Source: Octopus sinensis
Lineage: Eukaryota
DNA length: 64,000 bases
Assembly (NCBI RefSeq): GCF_006345805.1
Contig: NC_042997.1
Location: 117,676,001 to 117,740,000 of the forward strand
Direction of reading: 5' to 3'
The notes below the pieces were generated by a model, which ran no database searches, was not told the DNA's origin, and saw only the letters and a program-made list of their open reading frames with translations. Position numbers and translations under genes: made by a program. This document shows, one piece after another, positions 36,424 to 48,866 of the stretch (positions are counted from its first letter, which is position 1; each line of letters opens with the position of its first letter).

Positions 36424-39400
36424 TCTTTATTATTGTCACACTGCCTTCTGTGCACGTGCACTTATAGTTGGTACTATTGTGGTCATATAATCAAAGTTTG
36501 AGCCTGAATACGCCATTTTTCTTTATGGCTTTACAGTGTAAGCATGGCTGCACCACTGGTAATGTGCATCAAAGAACTAAGGAGCAGTGATCTGATTGCT
36601 CTGGAAAAGAGGTGTACAATCAACAGTGCAAGATACAGTGCTTTGCTAGCTAATAAACTGAAGACAGCAATTCGCACCAAATGCCGAAACCTATTGTCGA
36701 AGTTTTGTTGTTGCATGACAATGCATGCTATCACATGGCTGCCCAGACCTTTGAAAGCATTAACCTATTTCTTTACTACCCACAAGGGGCTAAACACAGA
36801 GTGGACAAACAAACGGATTAAGTTGATTACATTGATCCCAGTGCGTAACTGGTACTTATTTAATCAACCCCGAAAGGATGAAAGGCACAGTCAACCTCGG
36901 CGAAATTTGAACTCAGAACGTAACGGCAGACGAAATACTGCTACGCATTTCACTCCGCGTGATAATGACTCTGCCAGCTCACCACCTTACACATTGAAAG
37001 CATTAAACAATTGGGTTTTGAGGTACTGGAACACCCTGCCTACAGACCAGAGCTTGCCCCTTTCTGACTATCATCATCTTTGGATCACTCAAAGATGGTT
37101 TACAAGGTCGATGATTTCCTATGGATGATGTGAAGTAAGCAGTGAATATGCAAGCTTGTGGACCAGTGGACCAAGGACATCAAAAAAGGAGACTATATAT
37201 CTGTTTATCTCCTGCTTTTGTGTAAATATATTGAAAAAACAAGAGCGCGTATAATTTTTGACTCTCCCTCGTATATAGTTGATTAATTTAACCCATAGCA
37301 TTGCTGGGAGAGGTAAAATGGGAGAGGGAAAGCAGTTTTTAGTGGGGTCCCCCCACTTTTTTTTGTAATGAAATCAAAAATTTAAAAAAAAAAGGAACAA
37401 TTTATTGGAAAAAATTTTTTCTTTTATTAAAAACATTTCATGTTTAGAACTTTTAGACCAAAATGGAGTTTGATATTGTGTAAGATGGAACTTATTTCAG
37501 TTGTCACCAACACAAGAGATGAATGAAGGAAATGTCTTTACATAAATTATGTAGAAAGAGCCAACTATATCCTGTTATTTCTACAATCATACTTTGAGAC
37601 AAGTTTCTTTTGGTAACAAAGAGGCATAAAAAACGTGAAGCTGAAAATAATTCACTGAAACCATGCTTTACCTAGAAGCATTTCAAAATATATAATCATT
37701 TTAACAGGAGAAGCTAATCTCATTCTACTGGAAGCTTGTTATATAAATAAAAGCTGACACAAACCTAAAAAGGTACCAAGGAAGTTAAATATTTCGCTGC
37801 AGATTTCAAAGTAGACATTAAATTTTTTTTTTTGTTTGTTTTAATAATTACATAAAGATCTGTGTGGGGGAAGAGAGAGACAGAAACATCTAGAAATCTC
37901 TCTTACAAATAGTTAATCACTAATCTGTTGTTCAACAGAAAGCAATGAAAGAAAAAAAAAGGTGATACTTTACAATGGAAAGCATGTTTTTAAAACTACG
38001 TTCTACATACTTATTTAATCTTTTATTAACAATGATACATATAGCAATGTTTTTTTCTTTAAGCTTAACCCTTTATCATTTAAGCCAGTCATATCCAACC
38101 CAAATATCCTACTTGTTTTATGTTCAAACCATCTAAATTTGGCCTCTCACACCTACCCAATGTCCATTTTCCATGCTGGCATGGGTTGGACGGTTTAACT
38201 GAGCTCTGGAAAGCCAGCAGCTGCACCAGGCTCCAACCTGATCTGGCAAAGTTTCTACAGCTGGATGCTCTTCCTAATGCCAACCAATCCAAGACTGTAG
38301 TGGGTGCTTTTAACATGTCACCAGCGCAGGAGCTAGTCAGGCAGGCCTGGCCTTGATCACGTTTGGATGGTGCCTTTTACATGCCACCAGCACAAGAGCC
38401 AGTCAGAGGGTAAAGGCATCACCCACAATCAGTTGGTGCTTTTTACATGCCACTGGCATAGGAGCCAGTCAGGTGGACCTGGTATCAACCACATTCAGAT
38501 GGTGCTTTTCATGGGATCCAATCAGCAGGCACTGGCCCCAGCTATGGTATTGGTTTTACTTTACTCAACAGGTCTTCTCAAGCACATCCGGTCATTTTAA
38601 AAATAAACACTCACATCATTGAACTCTCAAAGCTATGAGATAATCCATGATTAATTCAAAACAATGGGATTAAATAAGCTTTACATTTGACAGAGTAATC
38701 TGAATGCTAAGGAGTTAATCAAAGGACAGCACCTATAACCTCTGACAGGGCTGCCAAATCTGATGGAAGGATAAAGGAGAAATAGTGTTCTGTGAGTAAA
38801 GAATCACATCATATAGTGAGGACTGTTTGGGGTTAGAGTGTACAGTTTGTGTTCAACCTGGCCAGATCTGGCTTTTCACACCTATCATACAATGTCATTC
38901 TAAAAATAAACAACAATCATAATCTTGAAGCTACAAGTTAATGCATGATAAATCTAAAACAATGTGAATAAATAAGGATTACATTTGATAGAGTAAACTG
39001 AATGCTAAAGGGTTAATCATGTATCTATGATTAAAGTGAAGAAATTTCAGAGATAAATTAATTGAAAAACAAAACAAAATATAAAAATGAGGATGAGATT
39101 ATCTGCAAAAACAAAGAATATTTTAATACATCTATAAATATTTTTTTTTTAAATAATTAAGAAGCAGAAAAAGAAAGAGGGAGCAGACAAAGCTTTATAT
39201 TGAAGTATTGAATTTTATTTATTTATATATATATATATAAACATAAAGCTAAATGACAGCAGTTCTGGTAATGGTAGTATCTTGGCGATCTGTAATTAAA
39301 TAGAATGCAACAGACAGAACAATATACAGGAAAACATATTTATGAAGAGAATATTTGGAGACGAAAAAAAAAAAAAAAAAAAGGTAAAAACCTACATTTT

Positions 39401-42333
39401 AGATTTTATTTGATTATAATATAACTATAACTGAATGGTGAGAGGAGAGATAAATTGAGACTTGAAAGCCACAATTCTCATGTAATTGGACTAATTTTAA
39501 TGAATAATATCAATGAATGTTTAATGTTCAGTACAAAGTCAAATTGGTAATAATTACATATGAATACATTATTTAGTCACCACTTAGTGACTTGAGTAAA
39601 ATGTTCAATAAAATCTTTCCCTGGAGTAGCAACAGGACAGGTGGATTTTACAGCTAACCGGATCTCCCAGCAGTTGTCATACATCATATATATATATTAT
39701 ATATATATATATATATATTAATGTATGTATATAAAATGTTCTTCTAGATACATTTAATTTGTTTTTTTTATATCAAGCAGCATAATGGGGAATTCGTATT
39801 ATGTTTTTTTTTATTATATTTTATTAACTAAGCTGTAACAACATACACAAACATTGAAGAGAGGAGAATTGTTCTTCTGTCAGACAGAAATGCAGGATTA
39901 AGAACCAAAAAAATATATGAAAAATAAAATCATGAACTGGATGAAGTAATGGTGAAAACTAATTTTTACAAATTTGGTAAGGGCCACTTTTAGGAATGGC
40001 AGCTTGTTTTAAAACATACACAAGCAAACAAAACAAGAAACAATAAAATGCAGTTTTCATACCACGTGTGTGTGTGTGTATATATATGTATATGTAGGGG
40101 TACTTTTCAAGTTACAGCTGATGAAACTACTGTGGAATGTTTAAAAAAAAAAACCAAAAGGTGGGGCAGAGTTCCCGCCACTGTTTAAATAAACAGACAT
40201 ATAAGGTAAGCAGATGTACATAGACACAATGAAAAACTTTTCCTCTCAACAAAAATGCTTCTTTTAAATTTGATGTATGTATATGTGAGTGCACATATAT
40301 GTGTGTGTGTGTGTAGGTAGGTATGTATATATATACAAACTAGTGAAATTAATGTTTGTTTTATCCATCTTACAAATATTTACTGCTTTTAGAAGCAGCT
40401 ACATTTCTGACTCGATTAGAATATTTCTATATATATATTTTTTTTGTTTTGATATATATAAACTCTATGAATCTCAATTAGATTTTTCCATCTGAGGAAG
40501 GTGATACAGGAGACATTTTCATGAAATTGAGCACAAAAGTTTCAATAACAAGCATTGATGATGACAAAAAAAATGTTTGGATGTAAAAACTTTGAAAAAA
40601 AAATTTAATAAATAAATATCAGGAAAAGTTGATTAAAAAAATAAATAACACATACATTTGGACCCATTGACTAAGAATTGAGTGAAAAAAAAAATTTTTT
40701 TTTATGAAGTTTATCTGAAATAATATCACTAAAGAAAAATTGTCACATGCAAAATTTTGTAGGTGACAAATGTTTTGTATGTAATTTTGTCATTCACAGA
40801 CACACTCAGATATATTCTCTCTCACTAACACTGAAAATTATTACCAAGAATATACAGACAAATTGAGTTATATACTTCTAAAACAGTTTTAAATGTTTGG
40901 TAATTTTTTTCTTTTTTTCTTATATTCATTCAAGTTTCTAAAATCTTTAACCAACTTGAAAGGTATCAACTGAAATATGGCATAAAATTTGAATTTTTTT
41001 TTTTTTTCTTTTTTTCATGTATGTAATATTCTACCAATGGTGTGTGTGAATGTCAAATAGGTTTTGTTGAAATGAATATTAAATGAAAATGTTGATAAGA
41101 ATTAACTAAAATTCTGACATTAAATTCTGAGTCGAAATCATAAACAAAAACGGGATCTCTTAAGAATTATCAAAATTGATAATTAATGAAATTCATCTAA
41201 TTAGATAAGATCCATTAACAATATCAATTCTTTGGGATATTCTCCTGAATAAGAATTAAATACTAATCACTTATTCTAATTAAATTTTCCCAAATCAAAA
41301 CAGTCTCTTTGCTAGGAGAGCTAACAGTCACATCTCCCTCAAATTACACTCTGCTTTAAACAAGGCTGTTGTAGTACTAGGTATACTATGCCTGCAAATA
41401 AACCTAGGTACAGCAAGAATACATTTGATCATAGGTCAGCTCAATCAGGGCAAACCTAGGGCTAAACAATAACATCGTTACTCTTGAGGATTTAAGGAAG
41501 ATGCTTGGTTTTTTTTTTTTTCAAACTTTATCTAAAAATTACTATTTTCTTATTAAAAATGGATTTCTTTTTCACAATATCTCAATAGAAATATAAAATA
41601 TATTTTGGTAAGGACTCAAAACTGAATACTTAAAAAGTAGGGAGAAGGGGCAGGGGTAAAAAAAATCAGAAACAGCCTCGAATCTGGATATTTGCCTTTG
41701 GCACTTTGAGGAATGTTGAAAGAATAATTAAGGAGAAATTATGATAACCAGTCTAATGAAGAATTAACAGACTCAATAAACATTTAATTCAAGGTAAATC
41801 AGTTGTAATTGAGTTAAAGAACTTCCATGAAGAATTTCGTTCATTCAAGTTTCATCTCTGCAATTGGCAGTGAAGAGATCCTCAAAATGGTTGTAATTAG
41901 GTGATGGTGATGTGGTGGGGTGGATGCAGTGCTGCTCAGATTATAATAACCACCTGTTTACAGCTGAAGCATTGTTCTAGTTGATGAACAAATGGAAAAG
42001 AGGAATATTATATATAAAAAAAAAAAAATTAAAAAAAAACGAAAATGTGTATGTGATTGTTCTATGAAAAGGCAGCTATAAAAATGGCAAATATAGTTAC
42101 AATAGAAATTAGCAGCAGAATAGGAGAAATGAATGAGAAGAAAAAAATTACATTCCTATCTAGACTGCCGTCTATGTACCACAAATGCTAAGCTGTAGTA
42201 ATTTTCACAGGTATTACATTTTGCAGATATGTGTGTATATGTATATATATTTATATACATATAGACATACACACACACATATATATATAGATGTGTGTGT
42301 ATATACATATATGTGTGCATGTTTATGTGTATG

Positions 42334-42377
<44 letters not shown>

Positions 42378-43295
42378 TGCCCACACAGACATGCATGCAC
42401 ACACAAGATGTACACGGAGAAACCTTTTAAAAGTCCCATTTACAATGGATGCACTTTGAACACATTCTAATATAACTGACTATATTGATAAGGAACATCA
42501 GTAAAAAGTTGATCTTCAACGGGTGTCCTGATTCCATAGGCAACAATCGTTAACTGGGATAGTATTTCCAATCAGTTGACAAACTGGTCAATAAAACTGT
42601 TTTTTAGAAATTTGCTTAGACACCAAACTCTTCCTCCTCCAGTTCAAGATGTAGTCAACCTCACATATACACCCTTTGAATTTCCACCACAAATCTACAG
42701 TTATCTGTTGATAAACATCAAGGATATCATAACGTGTAGGTTCACATTCCTGGTCCTATGGGAAATAGGCTGCCTACAGTCGTAACAGGTTTTTCACATA
42801 ATTATATTTCAACAAAGCAAACAGAGGTTTGAATATTGGTTCCATAGTTGCTCAATCAAGGACAAGAAAAAACAATAATAATAATTATGCTTATGTCAAA
42901 GGTTGAATTGGATGTGAAAGATTAACTTTTCATGATGTTTCTTCAAACAAAAAAAGACATTCTATTAAAATACAATTTTCATCAAGTCTCAAGAGATTCA
43001 AAGTTGCAAATAGTTTGTGTGTACACCAAATATACAAAACCCCTCAGACCCTGTGGTTATTTGATATTTTTTTTTATTTAATTTTTTTTTTGTCTTTTAA
43101 ATGGAATCCAGTATAAATACCAAATAAAATGGGAAACAAAAATACAGTAAACAAATCCCCACAAAGTAAGAGAGGTTCAGCAATGACAATATAACAAATG
43201 TAAATCGCAGTCTCTTTATTATTATTATTAATATTATTATTTGATGAAAGACACATGGTAGTGAGCTCCTGCTTACTACCCCAGTGGTAGGGAGA

Positions 43296-43429
43296 TCATA
43301 AAAGCACTGGCATACTGAGGTGCACGTTTTCATTGACACTGTTGTCTGGAGTTTCTGTGTATGTGTGAGCAGAGTCTTGAGATAATACATTACACAAGGC
43401 TTTCAAACAATTCCCAGGAATTAAACTTC
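43296..43429 (-). CDS. SBNO1: Strawberry notch ortholog, terminal coding exon
   Basis: tttgtag|GA+SLIPGNCLKALCNVLSQDSAHTYTETPDNSVNENVHLSMPVLL*; aligns to SBNO1 GLIIPANCVSPLVNLLS. Confidence 0.8.
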
Positions 43430-43697
43430 CTACAAACAAGAAAAGAAAGGAAAAGTGTAATAATTAAATCAAACTATAAAATGATAATACTTCAATGATC
43501 AACAAGCTGTTAACATCTCTCCTGTTAATCCCATCATTAAACATCCATTCTTCCATGCTTGCATGGGACAGATGGAATCTGTTTAGGCAGATCTTCAGCA
43601 GGATGCCCTTCCTGTTACCAATCCTCGTCTGGTTCCATACAAGGTAATAGTTTTCCATAGCCAGACAAGTTTCACAGAAGACAGAAAATGAACAATA

Positions 43698-44278
43698 TAT
43701 AGATGTTTTCGATCTAGTTTGGATTCTTTGCCATTAAATTTGAATTTTTCAATTGGTGCTCAAGCCTTGAAAAAAAAAAAAAAGAGTTAAACTACATCAG
43801 CCTTAAGGGGATACATGTCTATCTTTTCTAACTCGTCCAGTAGAGCCCACCAATTGATATCTGAAAAGTTTGATGAAATAACTCATGAACACTGCGATAG
43901 CTTCTACTAAAAGGCAGCTCCGTTACGTCGACCGGTCTGAACAAGGGGAGATAATAAACGAGTGATTCTTTTTTTTCTATTATCCTCCCTTCTTCAGACC
44001 AGTCGACGTAACGGAGCTTTTCATAGAAGCTATCGCAGTGTTCATGAGTTATTTCATCGAACTTTTCAGATATCAATTAGTGGGCTCTACTGGACAAGTT
44101 AGATAAGATAGACATGTATTCCCTTACGGCTGATGTAGTTTAACTCCTTTTTTTTTCAAGGATTGAGCACCAATTGAAAAATTGAAAAATTCAAATTTGA
44201 TTGCAAAGAATTCAAATTTGATTGCAAAGAATTCAAATTTAATGGCAAAGAATCCAAACTAGATCGAAAACATCTATA
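43698..44278. repeat. Large foldback element (~260-300-bp arms, ~20-nt loop) in the last SBNO1 intron
   Basis: 43698-~43956 is the reverse complement of ~43978-44278. TA at both ends; the right arm carries a 21-bp tandem expansion. Confidence 0.92.
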
Positions 44279-44879
44279 ATTTGCATGATGTTGAGACAAG
44301 GGTACACACACACACACACACACACAAAGGGCTTCTTCCAACTTCCATCAATAAAATCCATTTATAAGGATTTGGTCAGCCCAGGATTAAAGTAGAAAAC
44401 ACTTGCCTATGGTGCCATGGAGTCGGACGGAACCTGGAACCATGTAGTTTGGGGAGCAAACTTCTCGTGTAGTCATTTAACTGTGGCCATGCTGGGGTAC
44501 TGCCTTGAAGAATCGCCCTTGATGCAAATTATTTTGTTTAAGCCTGGTACTTATTCTATCAATCGTTTTTGCCAAAAAGCTAAGTTACAAGGACATAAAC
44601 ACACCAACACCAGTTATCAAGCAATGGGGGTGGTGGACACACACAAACAAACACACATTTATACAGCAGGGCTACATTCAGTTTCCATCTACCAAATCCA
44701 CTCCCAAGTCTTTGGTCAGCCCGAGGCTATAGTAGAAAACACTTGCCCATGGTGCCGCACAGTGAGACTGAACCTGGAACCATTTGGTGTGGGAACAAAC
44801 TTCTTACCATATGCATATTAGTTCTCACAAAAAAAAAAAAAGATACAAAAGAAGAATAAATAAAGCAAACAATACATAC

Positions 44880-45076
44880 CAACAATTCTGCGATTGTCAT
44901 CAGTTCGAAGTCGGATTATCTGCATTTTGGAGCTGGCACCTCCGGGTAATGATGCAAGCACACTCTCTACTTTACTCCAGACACTAAGGACTGAACCACT
45001 TAGTACGTGGTAAGTCCTTGTACGTAAACCTATTTCACAATGTAGTCCCATGCTTGTCTTTTTACAATTTCCTTTC
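44880..45076 (-). CDS. SBNO1: Strawberry notch ortholog exon
   Basis: G+[65 protein letters not shown]+G; AG/GT, 197 nt. Confidence 0.95.
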
Positions 45077-45977
45077 CTATAATCAAGAAAAAGACATATC
45101 TTAAGTAATAATATACATCATCATCAACAGATTGTGATAAAGTCCATTTTCTCATGCTTGCATGGGTGCGGTGAAATTTTTTGAGAAAGAGTTTCTACAG
45201 TCAGATGCTCTTCCAGTCACCAACTCCAGCTTGTTTCCAAGTAAGGTAATATTTTCCCCCATGCAAAACATAATTGTCACCACTACTGCATGAACCTGAA
45301 GATTACATAGTTTAATGCATGAAAGTACTAGTTTAAACAGAATAGACATCATTTCTTTATATATTATATTATATTATTATAAGATTGTGAACATTCGAGT
45401 GAGATCGTTGCCAGTGCCAGTACCGCCTGACTGGCCTTCTTGCCAGTGGCACATAAAAGCACCCACTACACTCTCGGAGTGGTTGGTGTTAGGAAGGGCA
45501 TCCAGCTGTAGAAACTCTGCCAGATCAGATTGGAGCCTGGCACAGCCATCTGGTTCGCCAGTCCTCAGTCAAATTGTTCAACCCATGCTAGCATGGAAAG
45601 CAGACGTTAAACAATGATGATGATGATATTGTCATTTAATGTCCACTCTCCATGCTAGCATGGTTTGACATGGAGCTGTCCAAACTTCACCTGTCTGTTA
45701 TGGTGTGGTTTCTATGGCTGGATGTCCTTCCTAACACCATAGTCTTAAATCATTCTTCTTTTGTTAGACTTATACTTATCAGTGTTGTGACATTGACCAA
45801 ATAACTGATCTCAACCTTATTCATACAAAAAAAAAAAAAGACACTATTGTCCATTTAGTTAACTTTCATGTGGAAAGCCTGACAAGAAACTAAACAAAAC
45901 AAAATTAATGTTAAAAAAAAAAAAGGAAGAAAAAACAAAGAGCTCTTTGAAGCATCCTGTTTACATAAACTACATAC

Positions 45978-46054
45978 CAGTAAGCATGGATACATGTTTT
46001 TGCTGAAGAGTGATATTGATCATTCCACCAACTGTGTGCTTCATCTGGCATCAC
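45978..46054 (-). CDS. SBNO1: Strawberry notch ortholog exon
   Basis: VMPDEAHSWWNDQYHSSAKTCIHAY+TG; AG/GT, 77 nt; aligns to HWLDQYNSSADTCTHAYW. Confidence 0.92.
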
Positions 46055-46820
46055 CTTTATTTATAAGAAATACAGAGAGAAAAAAATAACTGAGTCAGGC
46101 GTAAACAGACACCAGTGATGATTATACAATATTTTATGAAAACTTCAAAACAAAATTTGTAAAAGTGTTGTCATATTTTTAAATCTTTAGTATTTAATCT
46201 AGCCAGATCTCTATTTCATATATATATATATATGAAATAGAGCCAGAGTGAGAGGTGAAGGTAGAGGAGATAAATGGCAAAGAGAGCATCATATGAATGA
46301 GAAAGGAAGGGGTGACACACAAGGTTGGTTACCCAGTTTCTTTCATATGTAAGTGACCAAGGTAACAATATTTTCCTAGAACAGGACACAAGTCCCTCAC
46401 AGTGTCATTATCATTTAGTGTCTGTTTTCCATGCTGGCATGGGTTAGACAGTTTGACTAGGACTGGTAAGCCAGAGAGCTGTACCAGAATCTGATTAGGC
46501 TGTGTTTCAATGGCTGGATGCCCTTCCTAATGCCAACCACTGCAGAGAGTATAGAGGGTGCATTTTACGTGTCACTGGCACTGGCTATGACTACAATTTC
46601 ATCTTCGGTGGACTGGGGCAACATGAAATGGAAAGTTTCGCTCAGGAATACAATGCACTGCCTGGTCTGGGAATCTAAACCACAATTTGAAATTGCAAGT
46701 GCAACACCCTAACCACCAGGCCACAAGCCTTCCCCACTGCATAACTGGTACTCATCTCATTAATTACAGAAGGAGGGAAAGGCATCTACCAGAAAAATTT
46801 TAATGTAGTTATGTGTGTGC

Positions 46821-46860
<40 letters not shown>

Positions 46861-46862
<2 letters not shown>

Positions 46863-48866
46863 TCATCATCATTTAGCGTCCGTTTTCCATGCTAGCATGG
46901 GTTGGACGGGTCAACTGGGGTCTGTGAAGCTGGAAGGCTTCGTCAGGCCCAGTCAGATCTGGCAGTGTTTCTACGGCTGGATGCCCTTCCTAACGCCAAT
47001 CACTCCGCGAGTGTAGTGGGTGTTTTTTACGTGCCACCTGCACAGGTGCCAGACAGAGCTGGCGAACGGCCACGAACGGATGGTGCTTTTACGTGCCACC
47101 GACACGGGGCTAGACAGAGCTGGCAAACGGCCACGAACGGACGGTGCTTTTACGTGTCACCGGCACGGGGGCCAGCCGAGGCTGGCCACAGACACGGATG
47201 GATGGTGCTTTTACGTACCACCGACACGGGGCCAGACAGAGCTGGCAAACGGCCACGAACGGATGGTGCTTTTACGTGTCACCGGCACGGGGGCCAGCCG
47301 AGGCTGGCAACGGACGCGAACAGATGGTGCTTTTACGTGCCACCGACACGGTTGCCAGACAGAGCTGGCAAACGGCCACGAGCGGACGGTGCTTTTACGT
47401 GTCACCGGCACGGGGGCCAGCCGAGGCTGGCAACAGACACGGATGGATGGTGCTTTTACGTGCCACCGACACGGGGCCAGACAGAGCTGGCAAACGGCCA
47501 CGAACGGATGGTGCTTTTACGTGTCACCGGCACGGGGGCCAGCCGAGGCTGGCAACGGACGCGAACAGATGGTGCTTTTACGTGCCACCGACACGGTTGC
47601 CAGACAGAGCTGGCAAACGGCCACGAGAGGACGGTGCTTTTACGTGTCACCGGCACGGGGGCCAGCCGAGGCTGGCAACGGACACGGACGGATAGTGCTT
47701 TTACGTGCCACCGACACGGGGCCAGACAGAGCTGGCCAACGGCCACGAACGGACGGTGCTTTTACGTGTCACCGGCACGGGGCCAGGCGAGGCTGGCAAC
47801 GAACACGAACGGATGGTGCTTTTACGTGCCACAGACACGGGGCCAGGCAGAGCTGGCAAACGGCCATGACCGAATGGTGCTTTTACGTATCACCGGCACG
47901 GGTGCCAGACGAGGCTGACAGCGGACACGAACAGATGGGTCACTTAACCCCTGCTTTCTGATATATGATTGGATTTTGATTGTTCTCACTGGTCTTGCCG
48001 GGTCTTCTCACGCACAGCATACTTCCATAGGTCTCGGTCTCTGGTCATTTCCTTGGTGAGACCTAGAGTTCGAAGGTCGTGCTTCACCACCTCAACCCAG
48101 GTTTTCCTGGGTCTACCTCTTCCACAGGTCCCCTTAACTGCCAGGGTGTGGCACTTTTTCACACACCTATCTTCATCCATTCTCACCACATGTCCATACC
48201 AGCGCAATCGTCTCTCTAGCACACAACATCTGATTCCTCTTAGGTCCAACTTTTCTCTCAAGGTACTTACACTCTATCGACTATGAACACTGACATTACA
48301 CATCCAACGGAGCATACTAGCTTCATTTCTCGCGAGCTTACGCATGTCCTCAGCAGTCACGGCCCATGTTTCACTGCCATGTAGCATGGCTGTTCGTACA
48401 CATGCATCATACAGTCTGCCTTTTACTCTGAGCGAGAGGCCTTTAGTCACCAACAGAGGTAAGAGCTCCCTAAACTTTGCCCAGGCTATTCTTACTCTAG
48501 CCGTTACACTTTCAGCACACCCACCCCCACTACTGACTTGGTCACCAAGATAAAGGAAGCTATCAACCACTTCTAGTTTTTCCCCCTGGAAAGTGACGGA
48601 AGTTGTTTTCTGCAGATTTTCAGAGGTTAATGCTCCCGAGCATCTGCCACATACAAAAACCATCTTCCTAGTTAGCCTTCCTATGACATTGCTGCACCTC
48701 TTATGTGTCCATAGCTTACACTTGGTGCATCTTATAGAGTTTCTACCTACACCTTTTCTACAGATCGAGCAGGGCCATCTACCTGAAGGCGTTTGTGATT
48801 TGTCTACCTTCCTACTTATTACGACTTTGGTTTTAGCTAGGTTGACTCTAAGGCCCTTCGATTCTA
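46861..48866 (-). mobile_element. 5'-truncated RTE-clade LINE with an expanded 3'-UTR tandem array and (GAT)n tail
   Basis: One frame runs from ~48866 to 47986 (LESKGLRVNLAKTKV...LEVVDSFLYLG...RIAWAKFRELLPLL...MLHGSETW...ERRLRWYGHVVRM...GRGRPRKTW) with a single internal stop at 48274-48276. Confidence 0.92.
47020..47937. repeat. Tandem array of 15 ~61-bp GC-rich monomers with dimer and tetramer higher-order structure
   Basis: GGTGCTTTTACGTG-type starts at 47020, 47082, 47143, 47204, 47265, 47326, 47388, 47449, 47510, 47571, 47633, 47694, 47755, 47815 and 47876. Confidence 0.95.

Larger units (their letters stand above)
35738..37273 (+). mobile_element. Decayed mariner element hosting nested insertions (hammerhead element 35794-36423, SINE ~36765-36990)
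   Basis: Terminal inverted repeats TACGAGGGGAAGTCAAAA / TTTTGACTCTCCCTCGTA. Transposase remnants HDNACYH (~36715) and EHPAYRPELAPSDYH (~37030). Confidence 0.75.

Noticed and set aside
36544-37128. 194-aa ORF
   Set aside because: A chimera of decayed mariner transposase sequence and an inserted SINE.
42745-43315. Alternative SBNO1 C-terminus using an internal donor at 43315 and an acceptor near 42776 or 42757
   Set aside because: It would add only a few non-conserved codons, and there is no homology support without transcript data.
47020-47937. CRISPR-like array (constant motif every ~61 bp)
   Set aside because: The intervening sequences are repeated A/B types rather than unique spacers, the context is a eukaryotic intron, and no cas genes are present.
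46902-47961. Long ORFs of 338, 313 and 183 aa
   Set aside because: They arise from a stop-free GC-rich tandem repeat on the antisense strand of an RTE 3' UTR; the translation is repetitive and has no domain signal.
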